Shown in pieces: positions 29,184 through 38,020 of a stretch of DNA of 64,000 nt; positions within the stretch are counted from its first letter, which is position 1, and every line of letters begins with the position of its first letter. A program made the position numbers and the translations under genes. The stretch spans positions 1,115 through 65,114 of the forward strand of contig CAZMSJ010000001.1 in the NCBI GenBank assembly GCA_964568925.1, in the 5' to 3' direction. The notes beneath the pieces were generated by a model. The model was not told where the DNA came from. It did no database searches and was given only the letters and a program-made list of their open reading frames with translations. The DNA is from an uncultured Gammaproteobacteria bacterium (GTDB lineage: Bacteria; Patescibacteriota; Microgenomatia; UBA8517).

Positions 29184-30641
29184 ATGAGATTTCGTCTTCC
29201 AACGTGGTTACTTCTTCTGTTTATTGGTATCTTTTTGCTTCGTATACCATCACTCTTTGAACCCTACTATTACGGTGACGAAATGATCTATTTAGTCTTA
29301 GGTCAAGCAGTTCGTCGTGGGCTTGTCTTATATAAAGATGTCCATGACAACAAACCACCGTTGTTGTACTTTGTTGCAGCTATCTCTGAAAACCTCTTCT
29401 GGTTCCGTGCCATTCTTACCGCCTGGGTTATAGCCAGCACCTTTCTCTTTTGGAAACTGGCCAATACCTTCTTTCTTAAAAACAAACGAATCGTAACGGT
29501 TGCAACAATCTTTCTTGCAGTTTCCTCAAGTCTTCCTATTTTTGAAGGGCACATTGCAAACGCAGAACTTTTTATGATGCTGCCAACGCTTGGTGCGTTT
29601 TTGGCTCTTTCGACACAAACAACAAACAAGAGACTCATTATTTCAGGGCTCATGTTGTCTGTTGCTGCTTTATTTAAAATACCAGCAGCCTTTGATGCCT
29701 TTGCGCTTCTTGCTCTCATTGTGATCAATGAATATGAAAAGAAGTCACCATCACTAAAAAGAATTGTGCTGTCTGTTTCTCTTTTCTCTGTAAGCTTTCT
29801 CTTGCCACTGGCTGCAAGCGTTCTCTATTACGTTTTAAAGGGGGCTGGGAGTGAATACTTGGTGGCAGCATTCCTGCAAAACATTGGATATGTGTCTTCA
29901 TTTAGACCACAAGACAAGGTAGAACCTTTTTGGGTTAAAAATGCACCTCTCCTGATCCGCTTTGGACTGATGAGTCTTTCAATTGGGGTTTTGTTTTTCC
30001 TGAAGAGGAAACTCTCGAAACCATTTGTCATTTCCTTCATATGGCTTGCAACCTCATTATTTGCAATTACATTGTCTGAGCGACCATACCCTCACTATTT
30101 TATTCAAGCAATCCCAGCCATTGCACTATTAATTGGACTTCTTGTTGCAAGCAAACGAATGGAGCAGGCATATACCGTTATTCCTCTCTGGGCAGCCAGT
30201 ATCGTTTTGCTCTATTACCATTTTTGGTATTATCCAATTCCACCAGTCATGACACGATTTGCCTCACTTGTAACTAGAGAGGTAAACACTGAGTCATATC
30301 GAGCAAGCTTTGGAGAGAATGTAAACCAGACCTATCATCTGTCTCAATTTATACAAGAAACGATTCAACCAAATGAACGTATTTTTGTATGGAAAGATAG
30401 TGCACCGGTATATGCATTGTCCAGGCACTTGCCACCAAACAAGTACACAGCGGGATATCATATCGATGATTTCTCTTCTCCTGAGAAAACACTTGAGATG
30501 CTTACAAAAGAGAAACCATCAGCCATCATTTTATTACCAAACGCACCAACCATTCCAAATCTTTCAACACTGCTTTCTAAAGAATATTACCTTCTCCAAC
30601 AAATAGATGGTGCAGAAGTGTGGAAAAAGCGTACCTCGTAG
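29184..30641 (+). CDS. GT-C (ArnT/PMT_2-like) glycosyltransferase
   Basis: DEMIY...G..LYKD..DNKPPL, NAE.F, YPHYFIQ. Confidence 0.85.
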   Translation: MRFRLPTWLLLLFIGIFLLRIPSLFEPYYYGDEMIYLVLGQAVRRGLVLYKDVHDNKPPLLYFVAAISENLFWFRAILTAWVIASTFLFWKLANTFFLKNKRIVTVATIFLAVSSSLPIFEGHIANAELFMMLPTLGAFLALSTQTTNKRLIISGLMLSVAALFKIPAAFDAFALLALIVINEYEKKSPSLKRIVLSVSLFSVSFLLPLAASVLYYVLKGAGSEYLVAAFLQNIGYVSSFRPQDKVEPFWVKNAPLLIRFGLMSLSIGVLFFLKRKLSKPFVISFIWLATSLFAITLSERPYPHYFIQAIPAIALLIGLLVASKRMEQAYTVIPLWAASIVLLYYHFWYYPIPPVMTRFASLVTREVNTESYRASFGENVNQTYHLSQFIQETIQPNERIFVWKDSAPVYALSRHLPPNKYTAGYHIDDFSSPEKTLEMLTKEKPSAIILLPNAPTIPNLSTLLSKEYYLLQQIDGAEVWKKRTS

Positions 30642-30653
30642 TACAATAGGGAG

Positions 30654-31007
30654 ATGAAAAGAATCTCAGTCCGCTTGATCTCTCACAAAAAAACAGTGGT
30701 TACGATCCTTGTGGTGAACCTCACGATGATACTCACGGTTTTCCTTTTTGCTCGATATCTGCCTCCAGAGGTACCATTGTTTTTTGGCCGTCCAAGTGGT
30801 GCAAGTCAACTCGTGTCCTCATCAAGCTTAATTATTCCACCGCTGTTGGCCATTGGCTTAATTGCAATCTGCACCGGAATCAGTCAACTTTTGAAAGATG
30901 AGTTTATCGATAATATGATTGTAGGGATATTAACCGTTGTAACCCTGCTTTCAACTCTCGCGATTGTTAATATTTATCATCTTGTGGCAGTTATACCATT
31001 TTTGTGA
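30654..31007 (+). CDS. Small three-TM membrane protein
   Basis: LPPEVPLFFG motif after first TM. Confidence 0.7.
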   Translation: MKRISVRLISHKKTVVTILVVNLTMILTVFLFARYLPPEVPLFFGRPSGASQLVSSSSLIIPPLLAIGLIAICTGISQLLKDEFIDNMIVGILTVVTLLSTLAIVNIYHLVAVIPFL

Positions 31008-32083
31008 ACCAATACTTTCTACTACATATCGTTTTGCCTTTTCTGGTAACAGCTGCGATCTCATATGCAGTAACACCTCTTGTTATCTCTCTTGCATGGA
31101 AAATAGGGATTATCGATGATCCAAAAAAAAGTAGTCACCCAAAAACGATACATACGAAACCAATTCCTCGTGGGGGAGGGCTCGCCATTGGGATAGCGCT
31201 CTTTGTGGCAAGTCTTATCTTTCTTCCCTTAAATGGTCATTTAAAAGGCATCCTGTCTGGAGCCCTCATTTTGGTTGTGATGGGATTAATTGATGACAAG
31301 AAGAACTTAAATCCGTATTTAAGGCTACTTGTCCAATTTGTAGCAGCTGCCTGTCCAATTATTGCTGGTATCGGTATTTCCTATATATCAAACCCAACAG
31401 GAGGAATCATTGACGTATCAAACCCACAACTATCATTTGAGTTGTTTGGACAAACAAGAACGCTCTGGATCTTGTCTGATCTATTTGCTCTTTTGTGGAT
31501 TGTTACATTAATGAACTTTATAAACATGGGAGCCAAGGGGGTAGCAGGGCAGCTAACCGGAGTTGTCATGATCGCAGCACTCTTTATTGCAGTCCTTTCA
31601 CTTCAATACTCAGCAGACATTGCTGAGTGGCCAGTAACGATTCTCTCAGCAATTACTGCTGGTGCATTTGCTGGCTTTTTACCATTCCATGTAGAGCCAC
31701 AAAAAATTATGCCAAGCTTTGCCGGCAGCAACCTCGCAGGTTTTATGCTTGGAGTGTTATCTATTTTAACAACGACAAAAGTCGGGACACTGGCAGTGGT
31801 TTTAGCTGTTCCGTTAATTGATACTTTCTACACGGTTATTCGACGAATACTGCAAGGCAAATCTCCCGTCTGGGGGGACCGAGGTCATTTGCATCACAAA
31901 CTCCTTGATCGTGGATGGAGTACCAATCGCATTGCATATTTTTACTGGGCAGTAACAGCAACACTTGGAATAGTGAGCTTGTATTTGAATACTGGAATGA
32001 AGTTACTTACAATACTCCTAATAGGGGTAACCTTAGCCATCTTCCTTATATGGATTCAATTGAAAAAACGATCTTCGGATTAA
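31004..32083 (+). CDS. WecA/TagO-like polyprenyl-phosphate HexNAc-1-phosphate transferase (MraY family)
   Basis: H..PIPRGGG, GLIDD, IRR..G.SP..GDRGHLHH. Confidence 0.9.
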   Translation: MNQYFLLHIVLPFLVTAAISYAVTPLVISLAWKIGIIDDPKKSSHPKTIHTKPIPRGGGLAIGIALFVASLIFLPLNGHLKGILSGALILVVMGLIDDKKNLNPYLRLLVQFVAAACPIIAGIGISYISNPTGGIIDVSNPQLSFELFGQTRTLWILSDLFALLWIVTLMNFINMGAKGVAGQLTGVVMIAALFIAVLSLQYSADIAEWPVTILSAITAGAFAGFLPFHVEPQKIMPSFAGSNLAGFMLGVLSILTTTKVGTLAVVLAVPLIDTFYTVIRRILQGKSPVWGDRGHLHHKLLDRGWSTNRIAYFYWAVTATLGIVSLYLNTGMKLLTILLIGVTLAIFLIWIQLKKRSSD

Positions 32084-32985
32084 TACGTGTTGCTCGACCA
32101 GTACACTGGACAAAAAATATTGCCGTGTTTGCTGGTATTGTTTTTGCAGGACAATTATTTGAGAAAGCCCAAATGACACGTGTGATTGAAGCCTTCATTA
32201 CGTTTTGTTTGGCTTCCAGTGCAACCTATGTAATTAATGATATCCTAGATCGAGGTCGTGATCGTATGCACCCGATTAAGAAGCATCGACCAATTGCATC
32301 AGGTGTCATCTCAATTCCACTTGCCTTGGCGTTTGCCTCGGGCCTCGTTTTGTCATCACTGTTCTTAGCCTCAAGAATTTCAGATCTCTTTACCTTCATG
32401 ATTTTAGGTTACCTTCTGTTGCAAGCGGCATATTCACTCTATTTAAAGCACATAGCGGTTGTAGACATTATGGTTATCGCGACCGGCTTTGTATTACGTA
32501 TCTATGCCGGAGCCTACATCATCGATGCACATCTCTCTGTTTGGTTTTTATTGTGTGTCATTTCAACTGCATTGTTCTTGGCATCAGGAAAACGAAGAGC
32601 AGAGCTCGGTGCAATAGGGGCAACTGGAGAAACAAGAAAGAGTTTAGTGGGGTACAACAAAGAAGCATTAAATTCCTATGTAACGATGTTCGGCAATGCG
32701 TCTTGGATGAGTTGGGCACTCTTTACCTTTTTTGAGTCACCACGGGCGAGTGAGCCATTGGTTTTGTTCTTGTCTGAAATTTCAAGAACAACAACAATTA
32801 ATAAATTACTCATGATCACAATACCTGTGGCCATTTTTGGAATCATGAGATATCAAGGACTGATTTCAAGTGAGAGAACTGAGGCTCCTGAAAAGATACT
32901 CTTAAAAGATGTGAGTTTAGTAACTGCAATCGCTATCTGGGTAGGAATTGTTTTAATTGTCTACTACGGTGGAGTTACTGGATAG
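32050..32985 (+). CDS. UbiA-family prenyltransferase, decaprenyl-phosphate phosphoribosyltransferase-like
   Basis: RP.HW.KN, YVINDILD...DR.HP.KK.RP.ASG, YS..LKH, GKRRAEL. Confidence 0.85.
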   Translation: MDSIEKTIFGLIRVARPVHWTKNIAVFAGIVFAGQLFEKAQMTRVIEAFITFCLASSATYVINDILDRGRDRMHPIKKHRPIASGVISIPLALAFASGLVLSSLFLASRISDLFTFMILGYLLLQAAYSLYLKHIAVVDIMVIATGFVLRIYAGAYIIDAHLSVWFLLCVISTALFLASGKRRAELGAIGATGETRKSLVGYNKEALNSYVTMFGNASWMSWALFTFFESPRASEPLVLFLSEISRTTTINKLLMITIPVAIFGIMRYQGLISSERTEAPEKILLKDVSLVTAIAIWVGIVLIVYYGGVTG

Positions 32986-33796
32986 AAGCAGAGGGTGAAC
33001 TATATTTCTCCTGAATCCACCCTGAAATCTCCTGAGAATATATCTTAATAAAAAGGTTTTTCTCATCTCGATCAAGCACTTCAACTTGTTTTCCTGAGGC
33101 TATTTGTCCAACTTCCTTTGCATACAGGTTAGGTGATTCATAGACCTGGACCTTGCTTCCAGGTGCCTTTTTTATAACAGCAAATGAGGTCTCCTCTGAT
33201 CTAACAAATACAGGGGAGGGGGAGGACAAGGCCGACAGCTCTACATAAACTGTTAAGTCATATCCTGATTGTGCTTGTATATCTACATTTTTGACTTCAA
33301 AATCATCTCTCTTGATTGCAATGGTGTGAACTCCAGGAGTTGTAACAAAGCGAACTGGAAGCCTTTTCGGTGAATTTCCATCCAAAGAAACTTCGGAATC
33401 TGCAGGTTTTGTGACCACCGTAATACTAGCCTCAGAATTGACTTTTTTCTGAAACGATATGATCTCGGTTGAGGTTAAATACGTTTTTTGAGAAAACTTA
33501 TGTCGCACAATAGTTTTAACTTGGGGAGTGAGGGGGAGGGCTACTTCGTAGGGGAGGAGCTGGCTGTCTTCAGCTACTAACGTTAATGTTTGTGTTGTTG
33601 TTTCAAGGTCTGTTGCCTCGTATGGTGTCATCCCTTTGTAGACCCCGTTTAGGTATACCTTGGCCTTCACACTCGTTGTAACGGTAACCCCAGCCCGAAA
33701 ACCCGAAGAAAAACCTATAACATAAATGAGGATTGCTGCAGAGGCAATAAGAGGGATACCACCCAAGAGAAGAGTGCGACGACGTAGTAGTGTCAT
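32975..33796 (-). CDS. PEGA-domain protein with C-terminal SH3-like domain
   Basis: AKVYLNG..KG.TP, V...P.D.EV.LDG, terminal GWI. Confidence 0.8.
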   Translation of the reverse strand: MTLLRRRTLLLGGIPLIASAAILIYVIGFSSGFRAGVTVTTSVKAKVYLNGVYKGMTPYEATDLETTTQTLTLVAEDSQLLPYEVALPLTPQVKTIVRHKFSQKTYLTSTEIISFQKKVNSEASITVVTKPADSEVSLDGNSPKRLPVRFVTTPGVHTIAIKRDDFEVKNVDIQAQSGYDLTVYVELSALSSPSPVFVRSEETSFAVIKKAPGSKVQVYESPNLYAKEVGQIASGKQVEVLDRDEKNLFIKIYSQEISGWIQEKYSSPSASIQ

Positions 33797-34048
33797 GTAT
33801 CAAAGTCTAGCAAAGCGCGTATCTATTCACAAACAACCCCACAACACGTTTTCGGTATTTCTTTTGCTTAATCATAATCACTCTCCATTTGTTACTGATA
33901 AATATGTCTTATAATTATACTTTCTTTTCACGCACACCCCATATTTCTTTCACGTTAGTTATCCACAATTTCGTTCTCTCTCCCCTTCACCTGTCCTACA
34001 TGCTTTTTGTACCAAGGTTCTGTGCATTCATGTAGAATAAATACACAT

Positions 34049-34801
34049 ATGTATTTGTTTGAACTTGCCCTGGTTGTTCTGTCATTCCTTGGAATCCTTG
34101 GTACTCCAATTTATCTCTTTTTAAGAAGCAAGATGGTAAAAGCAGACTTTTCTTACTCGAAAAGACATATATTTAAGGTAGTTTTGCTGCATTTAGCCAC
34201 AATGGTAGCGGTTACCCTCCTCCATGCAATGATTCTCCTTTCAATGCTTAATACCAAAGAATCAATCTCACCAGTTAAATTACAGTACTTTGTAGCTCAA
34301 ATTATCTTGCTAGCTGTCGCCCTCTATGGTGGTGGCATGTATGTAACCTGTATCCTCGTTGAACACTTTGCAGCTCCGAACACGAAAGATGGTCTTCTCC
34401 TTAAAAAAACACTGAGACTGCTGCATGGCCCTGCAAGTCATTTACTCTTTGAATTGGCTTATTTGCTTGCCTTCTGGAACATAGCAGCAATACAGCAAGA
34501 TTTACTCCTCCCAGGTACTCCTCCACTCTTTCCCTTCTTTAACTTGTTAGGTATTGCAGTTGGTGCAGGATTTGTTTTTGCAACAATTGGGAATGGCACG
34601 TATGTATTGTTTCTTTTATGTGAAGTATTCCTTCTCCCCTTCTGCTGGTCTCTCGTTCAAAACACAACAAGCGGAGGAGTGTACACCTGGGGGTTTATGA
34701 CTGCCTCAATAACGGGAGCACTGGCTTTTATAACAATAAGAGCACTCTTGGGCAAAAAGATACTCCTCTATCAACCAATAAACCTGTTTGAGCGAAACTG
34801 A
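34049..34801 (+). CDS. Polytopic membrane protein of unknown function
   Basis: About seven hydrophobic segments. Confidence 0.7.
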   Translation: MYLFELALVVLSFLGILGTPIYLFLRSKMVKADFSYSKRHIFKVVLLHLATMVAVTLLHAMILLSMLNTKESISPVKLQYFVAQIILLAVALYGGGMYVTCILVEHFAAPNTKDGLLLKKTLRLLHGPASHLLFELAYLLAFWNIAAIQQDLLLPGTPPLFPFFNLLGIAVGAGFVFATIGNGTYVLFLLCEVFLLPFCWSLVQNTTSGGVYTWGFMTASITGALAFITIRALLGKKILLYQPINLFERN

Positions 34802-34814
34802 AGAGATGTTTCTT

Positions 34815-34890
34815 TGGAGGCCAGAGCGGGAGTCGAACCCGCGCATAACGGTTTTGCAGACCGTCGTGTTAACCACTTCACCATCTGGCC
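34815..34890 (-). tRNA. tRNA-Cys(GCA)
   Basis: GGCCAGA...ACGGT-CTGCAAA-ACCGT...GGTTCGACTCC...TCTGGCC-TCCA cloverleaf with encoded CCA. Confidence 0.96.
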
Positions 34891-34961
34891 GAAAAACACG
34901 TAAGACTATTGTACCAGAAATGCTGCTTAATCAGCTAAAAACTTGTGATATAATCCCCGGT

Positions 34962-35071
34962 AGAGTCGAGCCAAACCTGTGAAGTCCTGGATTCCTTGCA
35001 CTAAAGAACGAGACGGTCCCCCTGGCACCTGGCATACCTCGAATTACCCAACGTAAGTGAGGCTCGACTCT
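34962..35071 (+). ncRNA. Candidate ~110-nt ncRNA of unrecognised family
   Basis: Extended -10 TGATATAAT (34946-34954) ends 7 nt before a perfect 11-bp closing stem AGAGTCGAGCC/GGCTCGACTCT; no ATG inside. Confidence 0.55.
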
Positions 35072-35110
35072 CACTTTACAACACACTCCATTATCCTGTA
35101 TAAAGACTCT

Positions 35111-35350
35111 ATGGAAGAGACACAAAATCCAAAGATTAAATTCATTTGTCCAAACGATGGTGAAGTTTCCCAAGACGATGTTGTGTTTCTCTGTAACGTC
35201 TGTTCAGCTGATCAGATTAAAGAAGTTGATGGTCTCTATATCTGTAAGCAATGCGAAAAGACAGCAAATCCCCTTGAATGTCGTATCTGTGGTTCTAAAG
35301 ATGTGAAGATGCATGCACCTCACATTGATCTTCCAACAGACAAGAAGTAA
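35111..35350 (+). CDS. Small zinc-binding protein
   Basis: CPND, CNVC, CKQC, CRIC. Confidence 0.75.
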   Translation: MEETQNPKIKFICPNDGEVSQDDVVFLCNVCSADQIKEVDGLYICKQCEKTANPLECRICGSKDVKMHAPHIDLPTDKK

Positions 35351-35393
35351 CCCCTTATCTTTCCTTTCCCCCAACTCTTTGCTACAGTGAGCT

Positions 35394-35861
35394 ATGGAAG
35401 AGAAAACAAAACAAGAAGAAGCAAAACAAGCACCAAAGTATCCGCCACAAGAAATACGTGTTTTCCCTTCTGAAAGTAGTGAGATAAAAGCAAAAGTAGA
35501 AGGATACAACCACTTACGAGATAGGCTCAGGGTATCAACCCCTCAGGAAGTTATAACGAATACTGACAAGGATAAAGAAACAGAGAAGTTCATCCGTTTT
35601 ATTCGAGAATTAGCAACCAGTGGTGAGGCAAATCAGCAAGAAATCCTTGGAAGGATAAAAGGTAAAGGAGATGAGGAGTTACTAGGTGTTGTGAGTGAAA
35701 TTGTTCACGGTTTAGATGTAGATGCCCAAGTAGCTCTGACACAGGGACAGCAATTAGCAGCAGAGAGACAGGCACAAGTTCAAATGGCAACACAAACAGA
35801 ACAGCCTAAAACCATATGGGAGAAAGTAAAAAGCAAACTCTGGACACAAAAAGCTGCATAA
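35394..35861 (+). CDS. Hypothetical protein
   Basis: 155 aa ORF, TACAGT 5 nt before ATG. Confidence 0.65.
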   Translation: MEEKTKQEEAKQAPKYPPQEIRVFPSESSEIKAKVEGYNHLRDRLRVSTPQEVITNTDKDKETEKFIRFIRELATSGEANQQEILGRIKGKGDEELLGVVSEIVHGLDVDAQVALTQGQQLAAERQAQVQMATQTEQPKTIWEKVKSKLWTQKAA

Positions 35862-35904
35862 AAAAAGGCCAAGGATAAAATAACCTTGGCCCTGAAAAAG
35901 AAAC

Positions 35905-36171
35905 CTATTGAGCGAAACCATATTGTTTAGCAACCTTTAAAGCAAGCTCGAGTTCTTTCATATCATCGGTTGTTCCCCGAGCAGCAATATCACGGAGTTG
36001 CGTGATCTTCTTTACAACAATCTTACTTGCATGTGTTGAACGAGGGTTCACATCAAAACGAGCTTTAAATCTTTCAATCATCAGTGTCTCCTCTGCACTC
36101 TTTCGTGACTTTGCACGAAGAACAAAAACAAAGAGGACAACTGCAAAGAAAAGTACTACTGGCACGGTCAT
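35905..36171 (-). CDS. Small single-TM protein (orphan cassette)
   Basis: TTGACA-17-TATATT (36241-36213), purine-rich SD, terminator at 35860-35892. Confidence 0.7.
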   Translation of the reverse strand: MTVPVVLFFAVVLFVFVLRAKSRKSAEETLMIERFKARFDVNPRSTHASKIVVKKITQLRDIAARGTTDDMKELELALKVAKQYGFAQ

Positions 36172-36371
36172 GATATTTCCTTTCCTTAAACTCCCTTGTG
36201 CAAGATAGTGTAAATATAACACGAAGTATTGTCTTTGTCAAGCCTTTTGTCTCCCCTAAACTTGACTTTTACCCCCTTTTTACATATAATTGAGTTCTCG
36301 CTTAAGGTTATACTTATGCGATTTTTGTTGTCTCTTAAACCTCGGGAAACCTGCTCCTGACCGGGGACACT

Positions 36372-37082
36372 ATGAGAAAACTCACCCTCAATCTGCCCCA
36401 AGGGTACCGTATCGACCTTAAAATGGTTAAAGTACGGGACGTTGCCCTCGTGGCCGAACCTTTTATTCCCCGAGTTCGACACATTAAAGCCTGGAAGAAT
36501 GGAAATAAAGTCTCCCGTATCTTCCGCCACATGTTTGAGCACAAACGCCTAAATCGCGTGCTTGGAACCAATTTGGCAGCTGTAGCCATTGCGACTTCCA
36601 TTTTGCCTCATGCTGGGGCTACCTCTTTCGTTGAAACGAACCCAGAAATCATTAGTATGGTGACCTCAACCATGAAAACTGAGCACGGACTACAAAACCC
36701 GTTGGCTACTATTAAAATTAACCAAGGGTTCTTTAGCTACCACCCAGGAGTTGACCTTGGAGCCCCAACTGGGACCCCGGTTAAGTCTATTATGGCTGGA
36801 CGTGTTGCCGTCGTTCTCCACGTAAAGTATGACTACGGAAACCACATTATTATTGACCATGGAAATGGTATTACCTCTTTGTACGCTCATTTGTCTAAGA
36901 CATTTGTAACTGAAGGGCAAACGGTTAACCTTGATACCGTTATTGGTGAAGTTGGTTCAACTGGGCACTCAACAGGGCCTCATTTGCATTTGGAAGTACG
37001 AAGTTACAACAAGCCATTAAACCCATTTAGTGTGTTACCGTTGAAGGGATCAGGCTCAAACTTCACTTCGATCCTGCAGTAA
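36372..37082 (+). CDS. M23-family metallopeptidase
   Basis: HPGVD, YGN.I.I.H, YAHL, GSTG.STGPHLHLEV; start uncertain. Confidence 0.92.
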   Translation: MRKLTLNLPQGYRIDLKMVKVRDVALVAEPFIPRVRHIKAWKNGNKVSRIFRHMFEHKRLNRVLGTNLAAVAIATSILPHAGATSFVETNPEIISMVTSTMKTEHGLQNPLATIKINQGFFSYHPGVDLGAPTGTPVKSIMAGRVAVVLHVKYDYGNHIIIDHGNGITSLYAHLSKTFVTEGQTVNLDTVIGEVGSTGHSTGPHLHLEVRSYNKPLNPFSVLPLKGSGSNFTSILQ

Positions 37083-37791
37083 CCACAATGTCCCATTTGC
37101 TGTCTGTAGACAGCGCTTTGCCAACCTCAACTGAATAGTCTCGAGAAAGAGACTTTTTAAGGATAGCAACCACATCAGCTGAGACTTTGTCAGTGGTTTG
37201 GATAATGGTGTCAGTGTAGTTAAAACTTGAAGCGTTTCCTGTGGTACCTACCTTAAACCCTGCATTTTCAAGCAAAGCCTTAATCTTGCCAGCTCCCCCA
37301 ATCTGACCACTTCCATTTAAAACACTTACTTTGAATGCTGCCAATACGTCAGCACTTACCGCAACAGGCGTTGGTGTAGCTGAAACAGTAGGAGTTGCTG
37401 AAACAGTTGGGGTACTGGTTGGTGTAGCCGTTTGGGTTGGTGTTTCTTGCTTTACTCCTGTTACATATACATACACCCCACCAGAGATAAATCCGACAAC
37501 CAATGCAGTGATAATCGTTATCACAAAGAGAAGCTTCATATTCATCTTGTCTTGTGACACTTCAGTGTGACCAGTCGTTATTTCAGCAAGTAACTCTTTG
37601 GCTCGATCATGACTAACTTCTTTCGACACAACCTCTGGAGTTTCTTTGTGATGATGCACATGAGGTGCTTCTTCTTCAACATGTCGCTTTGGCATCTCTG
37701 GAGGAGAAACCACAACTTCTTCTTTCACTGAAGGGCTATCTTCGACAATTTCTTCTATAACAGGACGAATCCTCCGCTTTGTTTCGGGCAT
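37063..37791 (-). CDS. Membrane protein with Pro/Thr linker and LytR_C domain
   Basis: V.VLNGSG..G.A...GF.V...GNA...DIVV..G. Confidence 0.85.
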   Translation of the reverse strand: MPETKRRIRPVIEEIVEDSPSVKEEVVVSPPEMPKRHVEEEAPHVHHHKETPEVVSKEVSHDRAKELLAEITTGHTEVSQDKMNMKLLFVITIITALVVGFISGGVYVYVTGVKQETPTQTATPTSTPTVSATPTVSATPTPVAVSADVLAAFKVSVLNGSGQIGGAGKIKALLENAGFKVGTTGNASSFNYTDTIIQTTDKVSADVVAILKKSLSRDYSVEVGKALSTDSKWDIVVTAGSK

Positions 37792-37833
37792 ACCTCATTG
37801 TATAGAAAAATAACTCTCTTTGACAACGGGAAA

Positions 37834-37870
37834 ACAAAAAAATCTCCCCGACATGGTGTCCGGGGAGAAA
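37834..37870 (-). terminator. Intrinsic terminator of groESL operon
   Basis: TCTCCCCGGAC-accat-GTCGGGGAGA followed by T run on minus strand. Confidence 0.8.
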
Positions 37871-37874
37871 ACTC

Positions 37875-37994
37875 CTACCATTTGCGAATCTTTTTTCCAC
37901 TCTCTTTCAGAAGTGCGACCCAGGTCCCACATTTCTTTGAAAGGGTGATACACGTTTCAACAACATCACGAGTACCAAATTGTTTTTTCTTCAC
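37875..37994 (-). CDS. 39-aa basic small protein downstream of groEL
   Basis: SD GAAGGAG 7 nt before GTG; MKKKQFGTRDVVETCITLSKKCGTWVALLKESGKKIRKW; operon terminator follows. Confidence 0.6.
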   Translation of the reverse strand: MKKKQFGTRDVVETCITLSKKCGTWVALLKESGKKIRKW

Positions 37995-38020
37995 AAGGAA
38001 ACTCCTTCTTTATTAAAAGG

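Noticed and set aside
36325-36372. c-di-AMP riboswitch before the M23 peptidase
   Set aside because: Only a short hairpin covering GGGGAC is present; too short and lacking the ydaO consensus.
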